A stretch of 64,000 nucleotides of DNA from a virus (taxonomy: Duplodnaviria > Caudoviricetes). The stretch is taken from positions 1-64,000 of the IMG/VR virus record IMGVR_UViG_3300037067_003221; one strand, written 5' to 3'. The notes under the pieces are model-generated. The model saw only the letters and a program-made list of their open reading frames with translations, did not search any database and was not told the DNA's origin. Every line of letters starts with the position of its first letter. Positions within the stretch are counted from its first letter, which is position 1. Shown here in pieces: positions 1 through 9,642 of this stretch. Position numbers and translations under genes: made by a program.

Positions 1-464
1 GCTAGTTCTGTAACTCTTCCAATGAATCCACCTGGATTAGGAGGAATTGGTCCGGGTCCGGGAGGAACAACACCGTCACTAGTTACCTTAACGATAAAAT
101 ATTTCAAATCCTGTTCGTTATCATTTGCACAGGAAATGATGATTGTATAGTCACCAGGGGTGCCGGACGTAAAAACAGCTTTATGGCCACTATCATAGAT
201 TTCAAAATCTTTGGTGGCAGGTAGTACTAACCATTTGAAAGTTTTACCGGCTGACTTTGATACGTCAAAACGAGCCAATTGTCCGATCTTGATTTCTTTC
301 GGCCCTTCAAATACAATGTCTGCCTTTGACGAATTGATTGGCGTATTTGGGACGATGTTATAGTCATTTGGTTTCTTCAAATAACTATAAGACCCAACAC
401 CCATCACACCAATAGCTAGAAGAACGACTCCTGCCATCACGTAAGTTTTAATTTTCTCCCACAT
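1..464 (-). CDS. Partial ORF running off the window edge: N-terminally membrane-anchored protein with a Pro-rich linker
   Basis: ATG at 464 with GAGGAG RBS; reads MWEKIKTYVMAGVVLLAIGVMGVG...VVPPGPGPIPPNPG, open to the edge; not in the ORF track. Confidence 0.7.
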   Translation of the reverse strand, partial: MWEKIKTYVMAGVVLLAIGVMGVGSYSYLKKPNDYNIVPNTPINSSKADIVFEGPKEIKIGQLARFDVSKSAGKTFKWLVLPATKDFEIYDSGHKAVFTSGTPGDYTIIISCANDNEQDLKYFIVKVTSDGVVPPGPGPIPPNPGGFIGRVTEL

Positions 465-489
465 TGTTCTCTCCTCTATGTTCAAAGTC

Positions 490-804
490 TTAGGATTTAA
501 TTTTGTTTTGGATTGTATTTTTTACTTGAGTAATTGCATCAATCCAAGTTGTTGTATTGTTGATCTTGTCCCAGTATATCATATCTAGTTGATCTTCTAT
601 ATTAGGATATGCTTGACGACGCTTATCTTTATAAGTGCCATTCTTTTCTGCTTGAGTACGAGGATCATCTGGTAACTCGCCTGTTGGAGGCATTATTAAA
701 GTACCTGCATAGGTTACAACGTCACACCCTGGATAAAGTTTTGCTACATTTTGATTGTCATCGTGAGTAGCAATAACCTTACCATTTTTAATTACTAGTT
801 GCAT
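490..804 (-). CDS. Putative tail fibre assembly/chaperone-like protein
   Basis: C-terminal RRQAYPNIEDQLDMIYWD...W..AI..VK motif typical of small phage fibre-associated proteins; directly downstream of the fibre gene. Confidence 0.55.
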   Translation of the reverse strand: MQLVIKNGKVIATHDDNQNVAKLYPGCDVVTYAGTLIMPPTGELPDDPRTQAEKNGTYKDKRRQAYPNIEDQLDMIYWDKINNTTTWIDAITQVKNTIQNKIKS

Positions 805-809
805 GATAT

Positions 810-3479
810 TTATTGTACGTAGTTAATAGCATTCCAGTTACCAACTGTATTAGCTACTGGCGATAAATCAGTACCATTACTTGCAACAAAACCGCCAGAT
901 GTACTAGCTTGAGCCGCTTGAATAATAGTATATATACCAGTACCAGTATTATTTGTTACGTAGGTGGAACTTAAATCTACATAAGAGCCAGTTAAGGAAG
1001 CGGAGCCTGTGCCATTATATCGAACTTCTCCATACGTCATAGTACAGGAGCCAGCCGACGAAACATACAAACCATGAGAGGTATTCTCATTTACCTTTGA
1101 TCTATCGGCTGCTAGTCCACCATTAACACTACATCCGAGGCCAAACTGATTTCCACAATAAACTGAATAAGTTCCAAATGCCGAGGCAGCTATACAATTT
1201 AGACCCTGAAAGGCATTTCCATTACAAACACAATATTGAGCATTTAAGATACTATTTGATAGGCACGATATACCTGAACTTGCGTTATTACATGAACGAA
1301 GATAGGAACCGCTAAGTGACGAAGAATTTTGCAACTGAACACCAAAATAACAATATGCAACCCCAAAATATGCTCCCGTATTTATTGATCCACCAGTATT
1401 TAAGGCAAGACCAATGTTGCCCGTATTGGCCACATTATCGCCACCCTCGATTACAAGTTTATCAATATATCCAAGAGTATTTTTATTATTTATGCTAAGA
1501 ATAGCATTAGTTGCATCATATAATCGTGTTAATATTATACGAGTATCTGTACCTGCTGTAAATGCTTGCCCAGTTGTAGTGGGAAATGCTGCTGAACGGT
1601 AGCGGCATAAAAATGTTAATCTATTGTTTACAGAATCAACATTTGTTATCTTATGTACACCCGCCAGTGCATGGGCACGTATAGTATCAGGACTTCCTCT
1701 TGCTATATCCCGTGGAATAACTATATAGTCGTTTACCGAGACGCTTACAACACTATTAACATTGATAATTGGATACCAAGCACCTGCCGCACCACTCACT
1801 GATTGAAGTGACGTTGATGCTAATACTAAAGGTGAAATTCCTTCAATTTGTATCTGCGAACCTTGTGGATGCTCAATAGTAACCGAAGTTGCAAATTGTC
1901 CTGCACCTAAAATAAGTTTAACAATTATACTAGGAGCAATCTTATAATCTGCAAGGTATGTTAATGCTTTATCAATCGAGGCCCAGGGGTTGCCAATTGA
2001 ACCGTCGCCATTTGCATCGCTACCAGTGGTAGTGATAAAGAAACTAGTATTTGCCGAAATTAAGCCGCCAACCAAATAGCCTGCTGTAGCATGGTCACCC
2101 CAGCTATATGCTGTATTCCAGTTAGAAGAATTGTCTGTGACTGACGAGTAAGTGCCAGCCCCATCGCATTTAATTAAACCGTTAATTGCATCTTCTGTAG
2201 TTTTATGTGCAAGCGGAGTATATAAGCTGTCATGTGTGTGGTCGTCTAATTTATCTAAAGCTAATTGAACATCTGTTTCATTTGTAGTTAAAATGCCATT
2301 AAAATTAGTTGTGCTTGTAAAAATAGCAGCCGCACCGTGGTCTTTATCTTGCAACCCAGTTAAAGCACCGTGATCGCTGGCCATTCCCATACCGGCTTTA
2401 ACTAATGCTACGTAGTCGAAATCAACCTCATGCGAAGTTGTCCCGCTACTCACATGATAGAAACGCATAATTGCATTTCCAGAACCATCAATATAATTTG
2501 TATCAACAACTGGAAAATCAATAAACTTGAAGTCTGCTGATTGAGAAGTTGTAGTTATTGTGTCAAATGCTAATGTGTTATAGTTCCACAGGTCGATATT
2601 AACAATGTGTGCTGAGCCTAAACCACGGTAGTTAATATGAATCCAGATTCTATTGAACTCACCAATGCCTGTAAAATTAAATCTCACATCGTAGCCAGGA
2701 GAGCCTGATACTTCACCAATATGATAAACGCTACCATCTGATAGAGTTTGAACGCCTGCAACTGTTCCTGCTAATTCATTGCCAACAACTTGAGTCAAGG
2801 ACGTTGGAGTATATGCAACTTCGTTGATCGCAGCGACTAAATAATCAAGTGTTACTGCGTCTGCACCGTCAATAGGGTCAGCAAGATTTTTTGCATTGAA
2901 CGCTCCAAAATCAACATCGGCTACGCCAACATTAACTGCTTCTGAGGCTATAAATACGGGGTCAGTTTCAACTAGATTTGCACCGTTAGCTCCGTCTGCG
3001 CCCTTTTGGGCCATTAGATTCCAATAGGTCGTATTGGACGTTGGGACACCATTAGCCGCAAGTATATTTATAAATGAGGAGCCAGCATCTTCAACTACGT
3101 CATTTTCGACATAAGCAGTATTTACATCCCAAGCACCTTGCCATGTGAATGCACTACCATTGCCACCACCTGTTGCAGCAATAACAATTGTATCATTAGC
3201 ATACGTAATCTGTACATTTGCACCGTTAGCAAGAGTACGATATTTTAAGCCTGTCTGAGTATCGTCAACGGTAACTAAGGCTCTGGCCGGAGTTGTGTGG
3301 TCGAAGAAATCGAGAGTTGTTGCGTGCGCAACTAAATATTGTTCGATTGCTTGAATCTCTTTTGTAACCCTATCTTTACCATCAACATTGAGTTGTTTGT
3401 CAGTTTCAAGTGAGTTGAACGTATTGTACAACCCATCCCAAACTGCATTCGGAAATGAAGAGGGTTCAAAACGAGACAT
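810..3479 (-). CDS. Tail fibre/tail spike protein with C-terminal parallel beta-helix
   Basis: 889 aa, Gly/Asn/Thr-rich; WQGAWD..TAY..NDVV module; GSDANGDGSIGNPWASI motif followed by beta-helix-like repeats. Confidence 0.75.
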   Translation of the reverse strand: MSRFEPSSFPNAVWDGLYNTFNSLETDKQLNVDGKDRVTKEIQAIEQYLVAHATTLDFFDHTTPARALVTVDDTQTGLKYRTLANGANVQITYANDTIVIAATGGGNGSAFTWQGAWDVNTAYVENDVVEDAGSSFINILAANGVPTSNTTYWNLMAQKGADGANGANLVETDPVFIASEAVNVGVADVDFGAFNAKNLADPIDGADAVTLDYLVAAINEVAYTPTSLTQVVGNELAGTVAGVQTLSDGSVYHIGEVSGSPGYDVRFNFTGIGEFNRIWIHINYRGLGSAHIVNIDLWNYNTLAFDTITTTSQSADFKFIDFPVVDTNYIDGSGNAIMRFYHVSSGTTSHEVDFDYVALVKAGMGMASDHGALTGLQDKDHGAAAIFTSTTNFNGILTTNETDVQLALDKLDDHTHDSLYTPLAHKTTEDAINGLIKCDGAGTYSSVTDNSSNWNTAYSWGDHATAGYLVGGLISANTSFFITTTGSDANGDGSIGNPWASIDKALTYLADYKIAPSIIVKLILGAGQFATSVTIEHPQGSQIQIEGISPLVLASTSLQSVSGAAGAWYPIINVNSVVSVSVNDYIVIPRDIARGSPDTIRAHALAGVHKITNVDSVNNRLTFLCRYRSAAFPTTTGQAFTAGTDTRIILTRLYDATNAILSINNKNTLGYIDKLVIEGGDNVANTGNIGLALNTGGSINTGAYFGVAYCYFGVQLQNSSSLSGSYLRSCNNASSGISCLSNSILNAQYCVCNGNAFQGLNCIAASAFGTYSVYCGNQFGLGCSVNGGLAADRSKVNENTSHGLYVSSAGSCTMTYGEVRYNGTGSASLTGSYVDLSSTYVTNNTGTGIYTIIQAAQASTSGGFVASNGTDLSPVANTVGNWNAINYVQ

Positions 3480-3483
3480 TTCT

Positions 3484-4020
3484 TTAGCCCTTTAGTTTGG
3501 CAAGTAACGCATTAAGTTCAACGCCAGTGTTAAGTTGTTCAACTTTCACTTCCAGGGCTTCAAGACGTTGTTTAGTTGCTTCTTTGAACTCATTCAAAGC
3601 ACCCCAGATTTTATTTTGAAAGCTACGTACTTCTTTAATAAAATCTTCCTGCATCCTGGCGACTTGTAGTTGACTCTTAACCAATTCAGCTTTTGTTTGT
3701 TCATTTTTATGAGCAAGCTGAGCGACATAGGCCCGCGAGTCTAGTTCTAAGTGAGATTTTTCTAACTCTTCTAATCTAGCCATTACATCCTCTGGTACGG
3801 CTAATTTTTCGAGTTGACTGTTAAGATTAGATAACTTAGTTTGTGCGGCTTGTAGCACTTTATCTAAGTCTGGCATTATAGTTAGATTCTGACTCAAATC
3901 GGTGACGAATTTTTGTGTTGCAGCAATCTCATTGACTAATGCCCAATAGTCGGCGTTGCCGGGGGCTTTTACAGTGCTTTTATCTTGCCGTTCTGATGTA
4001 AGTCCGTCAAATATTTTCAT
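3484..4020 (-). CDS. Coiled-coil putative virion protein
   Basis: Heptad-rich helical sequence; N-terminus resembles those of 810-3479 and 4659-5093. Confidence 0.5.
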   Translation of the reverse strand: MKIFDGLTSERQDKSTVKAPGNADYWALVNEIAATQKFVTDLSQNLTIMPDLDKVLQAAQTKLSNLNSQLEKLAVPEDVMARLEELEKSHLELDSRAYVAQLAHKNEQTKAELVKSQLQVARMQEDFIKEVRSFQNKIWGALNEFKEATKQRLEALEVKVEQLNTGVELNALLAKLKG

Positions 4021-4096
4021 CTTTTATTGCCTCTTATAAAGAAAGCCAATCATATAGACTGGCAGAACCGCCCTCAAGGGGCGGGGAGTCGTAAAA

Positions 4097-4134
4097 ACCA
4101 GTGAGGGAGTCGAACCCACGTTTTCCACTCTGGT
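4097..4134 (-). ncRNA. tRNA-like mini-helix (closing stem plus T-arm, no anticodon arm)
   Basis: Minus strand ACCAG-AGTGGAAAAC-GTGGG-TTCGACT-CCCTC-A-CTGGT in an intergenic gap flanked by hairpins. Confidence 0.4.
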
Positions 4135-4144
4135 AAATAATCTA

Positions 4145-4172
4145 AGGCTACCGGGCCGATTCCCGGTAGCCT
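4145..4172. terminator. GC-rich hairpin, probable terminator or processing stem
   Basis: AGGCTACCGGG-N6-CCCGGTAGCCT perfect 11-bp inverted repeat just after the stop of 4185-4364. Confidence 0.55.
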
Positions 4173-4184
4173 GTTTCCTTCATC

Positions 4185-4364
4185 TTACTTGTGCATATTA
4201 CGAAGCGTTTTCGCAAGGTTAATCTGCCGCATAGTTGTTGCACTTGGATGCTTGCCTGGATTTGCCATAAAAGCACTTAAACTTTTATGTGCAGCTTTTG
4301 CTTTAGCAGTTAGTGCGCCAGGATGCTTGATGGCACCCTGAATCCATTTCTTCTTCTTAGCCAT
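4185..4364 (-). CDS. Small basic phage protein (59 aa)
   Basis: MAKKKKWIQGAIKHPGALTAKAK...INLAKTLRNMHK; start coupled to the upstream stop; below the ORF-track cutoff. Confidence 0.7.
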   Translation of the reverse strand: MAKKKKWIQGAIKHPGALTAKAKAAHKSLSAFMANPGKHPSATTMRQINLAKTLRNMHK

Positions 4365-4438
4365 TATTTCTTCTTCCCGTTTTTAGGTTTGGCCTTGGGT
4401 TTGGCTTTAGCCCCGCCACCACCTGATTTACATGCCAT
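4364..4438 (-). CDS. Lys-rich micro-protein (24 aa)
   Basis: MACKSGGGGAKAKPKAKPKNGKKK; fills the gap between two genes with a TAATG overlap. Confidence 0.55.
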   Translation of the reverse strand: MACKSGGGGAKAKPKAKPKNGKKK

Positions 4439-4443
4439 GATAA

Positions 4444-4647
4444 TTAACCCTTAGCTACTGGTGTCACGGTTATGGCACTCTTTGTCATAAACCGTAAAAG
4501 TATATTCGCCACGGCCTGGGCTAACACTAGCCAACAAACAAGGTCTGGGTGTGACGAAAGAGAACCGGCAAAAAATCCCGTGCCGGTTGCCACTAAAGTT
4601 AGTCCATTAACCCATAAAGTCTTACTAGCAAAAATACTCTTAATCAT
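4444..4647 (-). CDS. Putative holin
   Basis: 67 aa, two hydrophobic segments, KSIFASKTLWVN start and NILLRFMT end typical of small phage holins. Confidence 0.6.
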   Translation of the reverse strand: MIKSIFASKTLWVNGLTLVATGTGFFAGSLSSHPDLVCWLVLAQAVANILLRFMTKSAITVTPVAKG

Positions 4648-4658
4648 AAAATGTTCCT

Positions 4659-5093
4659 TTATCCGTTAGCATCGACAACCCAGGAGACGACTCCATTTGC
4701 ATCGACTGCTAGATTATAAATCGCGCCATTTGCAGGTTGTGAAGTTGGTAGATAGTTGGGAAGCCAAGTAATAATACCATTTGCAGATACGTCAACAAGA
4801 TAACTCGCTCCATTAGCTGGGGCTGCATCTGGTAAATAAGTTTCAAGCCAAGTTGCATCACCATTAGCATCCATATTTAATGAATACGTTGCACTGTTCG
4901 CAGGCTCCGTTGGCATATAGCCAATGTCTGCGGCATAAGTTACCATAACCGTCTGCACCGAAATTAACTCGGCAGCTAGTTGGTCAAAATCATTGAAGTC
5001 TGGTTGGCAGTCATCGTTTCGTTCATTTCGATCTGGATTTCCAGTAGTACAACCATCAAAAACTGCGGTTGGAAATTGTGCGTTTCGTCTCAT
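4659..5093 (-). CDS. Putative virion protein with three internal ~25-aa repeats
   Basis: Repeats (Y)(L/M)P...PAN(G/S)A.Y.L..DANG...W occur three times. Confidence 0.55.
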   Translation of the reverse strand: MRRNAQFPTAVFDGCTTGNPDRNERNDDCQPDFNDFDQLAAELISVQTVMVTYAADIGYMPTEPANSATYSLNMDANGDATWLETYLPDAAPANGASYLVDVSANGIITWLPNYLPTSQPANGAIYNLAVDANGVVSWVVDANG

Positions 5094-5097
5094 TAAG

Positions 5098-5388
5098 TTA
5101 CTTCCTCGAACTAGATTGGTTTATCGGACGCTTCTGGTTTCCCTCGGTGCCGCCGCCCAATCGTGCATCTGGGTTAAATTGCTTTACAATAGGCTGTTTT
5201 TGATTACCAGAAGCCGGTTCCAAGGATGGATAATCTAAACACGCTTGCGACTCTGCCATACCTGTCACTCCCATAGGTACACCAGTTGGTTCGTCCATGT
5301 GCGGCATGTTGTTCATTCGACCTGCTGCCATTTCCATCTTCTCTGCATTCGTCAGAGGAACACTCAAGTTATTTCCGTAGTCTCTCAT
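5098..5388 (-). CDS. Hypothetical protein
   Basis: ORF tightly packed in the late operon. Confidence 0.55.
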   Translation of the reverse strand: MRDYGNNLSVPLTNAEKMEMAAGRMNNMPHMDEPTGVPMGVTGMAESQACLDYPSLEPASGNQKQPIVKQFNPDARLGGGTEGNQKRPINQSSSRK

Positions 5389-5523
5389 TAGTTTTGACCT
5401 TTCTTCTTGGCCTATCTTTAAGAATTACTTCCGAATAATGAATAACAACTAAGATCGTATCGGAGATAGAGGTATCTCTGTTGTTATTAGAACATACTCG
5501 GCGGAGGCCCAATTTAGATGTAT

Positions 5524-6030
5524 TTATTGTTCTGTGTTTTGTGCGTTATCAATGATAGTAAACATCCTGTTACTAATGCGATCAACAATTCCTTCAAAAT
5601 CAGGAATGTCTTTTAGTTCTTCTAAAAGAACCTTTACTGTTTCACCGGCGACAGTCACCAAGGTCTCTTTTGATAGTAAGTTACCAGAAGCAATTTCTAG
5701 TTTCTGAGAGGCTGTCTTTAGTTTTTCGATCAACGCCAATTGTTCTTTAATGAATCCACCGGCAGAAATCTCGTCGGCTTGGCTGGTAATACTGTTGATG
5801 CGATTTTCAAGCATCATTTCGGCAATGGCGATTTCCCATTGCAGTCCCTTCATTTTGTTGTGACCCGCCAGTTGCGAAGTCCGTTCACGATACTTGTGTT
5901 TAAGCAACTGATATTGTTGCTTCTGGTCGTGATCTTTTGCTAGGTGAGCATGGATGGGGCAGTAGTCCCTTTGTTCCATTGCATCTTCGGGGCATTGCCC
6001 ATATTGGGGGTTAATGTGTCGGCATTGCAT
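5524..6030 (-). CDS. Putative terminase small subunit-like protein
   Basis: N-terminal C-x8-C-x10-CPIH zinc knuckle followed by a helical body; first gene of the late operon. Confidence 0.45.
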   Translation of the reverse strand: MQCRHINPQYGQCPEDAMEQRDYCPIHAHLAKDHDQKQQYQLLKHKYRERTSQLAGHNKMKGLQWEIAIAEMMLENRINSITSQADEISAGGFIKEQLALIEKLKTASQKLEIASGNLLSKETLVTVAGETVKVLLEELKDIPDFEGIVDRISNRMFTIIDNAQNTEQ

Positions 6031-6048
6031 AATTTTCTCGAATTTTAC

Positions 6049-6077
6049 TTGACAAGAGGCAATTCCCGTGGTATAAT
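6049..6077 (+). promoter_or_regulatory. Consensus sigma70 promoter
   Basis: TTGACA-17 bp-TATAAT with extended TG. Confidence 0.8.
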
Positions 6078-6176
6078 TAAAGAGTGGGAAAACTACTCGC
6101 TATTATATTAGACGCAATTGGAGCATAAATATCCACAAAATAATCGTTAAAATCCGAAAAATTGTCAAAATAGTTA

Positions 6177-6233
6177 AAAATGAGTCTCAATTTATTGAAA
6201 ATGAGTCTCAATTTTCGATTTGAGACCCATTTT
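6177..6233. promoter_or_regulatory. Three ~20-bp-spaced palindromic operator-like sites
   Basis: AAAATGAGTCTCAATTT twice plus inverted TTTGAGACCCATTTT; a fourth copy lies at ~33666. Confidence 0.5.
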
Positions 6234-6248
6234 GGCACAGGATTTGCA
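6232..6248 (+). promoter_or_regulatory. Sigma54-type -24/-12 promoter
   Basis: TTGGCACAGGATTTGCA: GG-N10-GC matching TGGCAC-N5-TTGC, ~35 nt before the first plus-strand ORF. Confidence 0.55.
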
Positions 6249-6280
6249 CAGGTAAGAATATGGGACTATTTCATAGGTAA

Positions 6281-6484
6281 ATGATGCAAAAAATCAACAT
6301 GCTACCCGTTTTTAACGAATGTCCCTGTTGTGGGGTTGTAACCACGGACGTAATGATCCGGCGATTAAACACCGCTTATGTGAACGATATTTGTAACTAC
6401 CTGCAATCCTGTGAGTCTTGCTACATGGATGCTTACGAGTATTATGCCGACCTGTGGACTACTTACTACAATGAATGTTGTTAA
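6281..6484 (+). CDS. Hypothetical Zn-ribbon protein
   Basis: CPCC...CESC; first ORF of the plus-strand operon. Confidence 0.55.
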   Translation: MMQKINMLPVFNECPCCGVVTTDVMIRRLNTAYVNDICNYLQSCESCYMDAYEYYADLWTTYYNECC

Positions 6485-6495
6485 ATAAGGACATA

Positions 6496-6969
6496 ATGAT
6501 GCCAAAAGTCACCATCGAAGCCTTAAAAGCGGCGACAGCAATCATAGAAGCGGTTGGTGGGAGTGTAAAACTGCCCTATAATACCGTAACTTGCTGGAAT
6601 GAAGTGTTCAAAGACCTAAAAACCCTGTCAAATGACCCCCGTTGCGAGGTAACGATAGGCACCCTCAGAACAAAACTGAGTAGTGGAATACCTCTCGAAG
6701 AGGCGGTGAAGATTTCCAAAGTCCAGTCGTCTATGTCGAAAAGTCTCGTATGCTGGGGAGAAACCTTCCCGTCAATCGCGGCCTTGGCACAAGACCCCCG
6801 CTGTCAGGTGGGATATTCCGTATTAGCTGACAAATTACGCATGGGAATGCCGCCCGAAGATGCGGCTCGAAACCTTGCCACCCGGCGTGAAGTTCGTTCA
6901 ATAGAAGATGTGTTAGCAAGGGCACATCGTTATCGAAGGAATAAATCCGATGCTGACCCTCAAGTATGA
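6496..6969 (+). CDS. Putative DNA-binding protein with two CW..F...L..DPRC repeats
   Basis: Two internal repeats resembling homing-endonuclease-associated helix-turn-helix modules. Confidence 0.55.
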   Translation: MMPKVTIEALKAATAIIEAVGGSVKLPYNTVTCWNEVFKDLKTLSNDPRCEVTIGTLRTKLSSGIPLEEAVKISKVQSSMSKSLVCWGETFPSIAALAQDPRCQVGYSVLADKLRMGMPPEDAARNLATRREVRSIEDVLARAHRYRRNKSDADPQV

Positions 6970-7138
6970 GGCCGGGACCAACTCTGTAGTCACTACTTGT
7001 TCAAATTGCGGCGGTAAGATCGTTATAAAGGTGGGAGAAGGGCTTGCACCCAGCTTCTTAGCCCGTATTTTACGTATTGCGAATACGAGATTAACTGATG
7101 CAACGAGTCATTGCCCCGGCTGTGAAAGGAAATAATGT

Positions 7139-7669
7139 ATGACAGCGTGGATTCAAACTTACACTGGTCAAAAGTTCGAGCCGCTTGAACCGAAGTTCGA
7201 GCAAATACATATAAGGGATATTGCGCACTCACTAAGTTTACTTTGTCGATTTGTGGGGCATTGTCGGGAATTTTACTCCGTAGCCCAGCACAGCATCCAC
7301 GTCTCACAGATTGTTCCACACATGCCGCCTGATTTGGCACTGTATGGGTTGCTCCATGATGCGTCGGAAGCCTACATTAGCGATATTGGAGGGCCAATAA
7401 AACGATACATTGTAGGGTATAGTGAAGTAGAAAAGCGTCTTATGGATACAATTTTGCAACGCTACGGCTTGCACCCGTCGCTTCCAAGGGAGGTAAAATA
7501 CGCTGATTTGACACTGTTGGCGACAGAAAAGCGGGATTTAATGTCCTATTGCCCTTATGAATGGTTCCCAATGCCGCCTCCGTTGGAACACAAAATTGTT
7601 CCGCTTGCCCCGAAGGTAGTAGAAGATATGTTCATGCGGCAATTTTATGTACTTGGAGGGGATGGATGA
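7139..7669 (+). CDS. HD-domain 5'-deoxynucleotidase (YfbR/YfdR-like)
   Basis: DIAHSLS..CRF.GH...FYSVAQHS, LLHDASEAY motifs. Confidence 0.85.
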   Translation: MTAWIQTYTGQKFEPLEPKFEQIHIRDIAHSLSLLCRFVGHCREFYSVAQHSIHVSQIVPHMPPDLALYGLLHDASEAYISDIGGPIKRYIVGYSEVEKRLMDTILQRYGLHPSLPREVKYADLTLLATEKRDLMSYCPYEWFPMPPPLEHKIVPLAPKVVEDMFMRQFYVLGGDG

Positions 7670-8002
7670 ACAAAGATTTAATTCGAGTTGCGTTAATTTA
7701 CTTGGCAGTTGGCACAATAATTGCACTAGCAATAGGCATACGTTGGGCGACCGGCTGGGTTTCACTTTGGCCTAATTTACAATAAGGAAGTACCATGAAG
7801 TTTTTCGATTGGCTCGGAGATCGAGCATTTGAGGGTGGTGACGTGCTTTGCAGATTCCTAGATAACCAACTAGACCGTTGTAAACAACTAGGAAGCTGGT
7901 TACTAGACGCTTTGCTAGTCGTTCTATTAGCCTGTATTGTGACACCAATGCTGGCTATAGGCTTGTTTATTGGCATCATTATGGCGAATTGGAGATTTAT
8001 TC

Positions 8003-8356
8003 ATGGCTCAGGTAGAAAAAATGTTTCGTCGGGCGCGTGCAGTTGCCCTCAAGGGGGATGCCAAGGGGATAAAGCGCAAGTATCGCCTGGGGAGTGTGGG
8101 AGTTCGCAGCGACGGTGTGATTGTCGAAGCCAGCAACGTATCGTGCCGTAGGCCGACCCCGTATGCACATGCCGAAGCCCGGCTAGTTAGAAAGTTGGAC
8201 TTTGGCTCTAAGGTATTTGTGGTTCGCATACAGCGAGACGGCACGGTAGTTAATGCCAAGCCGTGTCGAGATTGCGAGATAGCTATGCGCCTTCGCGGCG
8301 TAGAGATTTGTTATTATTCTATCAGTACAACCGAGTATGGAGTTTTGCACTTATGA
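8003..8356 (+). CDS. Cytidine/deoxycytidylate deaminase-fold protein
   Basis: HAE and PCxxC zinc motifs; probable start at the second Met. Confidence 0.75.
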   Translation: MAQVEKMFRRARAVALKGDAKGIKRKYRLGSVGVRSDGVIVEASNVSCRRPTPYAHAEARLVRKLDFGSKVFVVRIQRDGTVVNAKPCRDCEIAMRLRGVEICYYSISTTEYGVLHL

Positions 8357-8607
8357 TACCGACTACTGTGATTCTTGCAGAAATTGAACACGAACTATGG
8401 GATGCCGAGGCCGCACATGCGTCTATGAACTCAGCCCACGAAGCATTCGCCGTTATCTTAGAAGAACTTGACGAGTTCTGGGAGGAGGTTCGTAAGAAAC
8501 GCTCGGAGCGACTAAACACTAAAATGCGCGATGAACTTGTCCAGACGGCGGCAATGTGCGTCCGTGCAATTCGTGACTTGAATATGTATCGTCAGGGAGA
8601 ATGCTAA
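8353..8607 (+). CDS. MazG-like nucleotide pyrophosphatase
   Basis: HEAFAVILEELDE..EE...ELVQTAAM pattern. Confidence 0.6.
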   Translation: MIPTTVILAEIEHELWDAEAAHASMNSAHEAFAVILEELDEFWEEVRKKRSERLNTKMRDELVQTAAMCVRAIRDLNMYRQGEC

Positions 8608-8749
8608 TGGGCAGACAAAATTCATGGAAGAGGGCAGCCAGTAATACACCGGCTCGAAAGTTTAAGAAATGGTTTAAGATCACCACCAGACGCAAGAATA
8701 GACGCGCGGCAAAACGTGACCCTGAAGCAAAAGACAAAAAACTAGATTC

Positions 8750-9642
8750 ATGGAGTTTCGACTAATGATTTATCTATTGGAAACCTACGATACTAACGAA
8801 GTGTTAGTCAAACAATGTATTATTCATTGCCCCGCGACGGAATTTGAAGGTTTATTTGAGACATGCAAGCGAATGTTTGGCACGTTCCGTTTAACAAAGT
8901 TCGCTGAGTACACATTTGGTGCTAGTGATGGTGGTCTCGCTTTCTATAGCGAAGCTAAGAACAGGAGTAATAAGATCAGCCAAGGCCGTCATCCACGGCT
9001 AGTTGAAAATATTGCTGCCGCAACTGTGAGGAATTTGAAATAATGGATATACCTCGCTTTGAAGTGCTTGCCTTTGGCGAAATGTCAAGGGAAATGAAAA
9101 CGAACACTATACGCAACCCCGCCGCTTTGGAGCGAACGGAGGCGTATGCCTTTACGTCTGCTGGTAATTTCTTTCTGGGTCGTGCAATGAGTGTTATTAA
9201 CCATGAAGGCATGGTTCTATTACGCTGGGATGATTTGGATTTACCGGAGGATACTGTCGTCCACAAAGTTGTTTATTTGGTCGATTCACGGCTACTCGAA
9301 CAAGTTGTCGAGAACGTGACTTGTTCCAAATTTTATCCTCGCCTCGTTCTAGCCAAGGAATAGAATATGAAACGCTATAAATATTGTAGTAAGCCAGTTA
9401 AATGCTACCGTTGGTTACGTTACAAACCATTGTTCGCCATCGTCGCTAGTTACCATATTATCTGTTGGTTAGCTACCAGAGCTAAAACTAATGATTTTAT
9501 GCCGCTACGAATGGATATGTTGAAAATGATTTGGCAATGCTCTATGAGCATGGCAGACATTCAGATGCGTAATTATCTCACCTTGCAAGAACTAATTAGC
9601 GAACTAAAGGACCGGATAGATGAAAGTAAACAAATGGCGTGA
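8750..9642 (+). other. Three hypothetical CDSs (8750-9043, 9043-9363, 9367-9642)
   Basis: Abutting ORFs in operon; no recognised motif. Confidence 0.55.
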
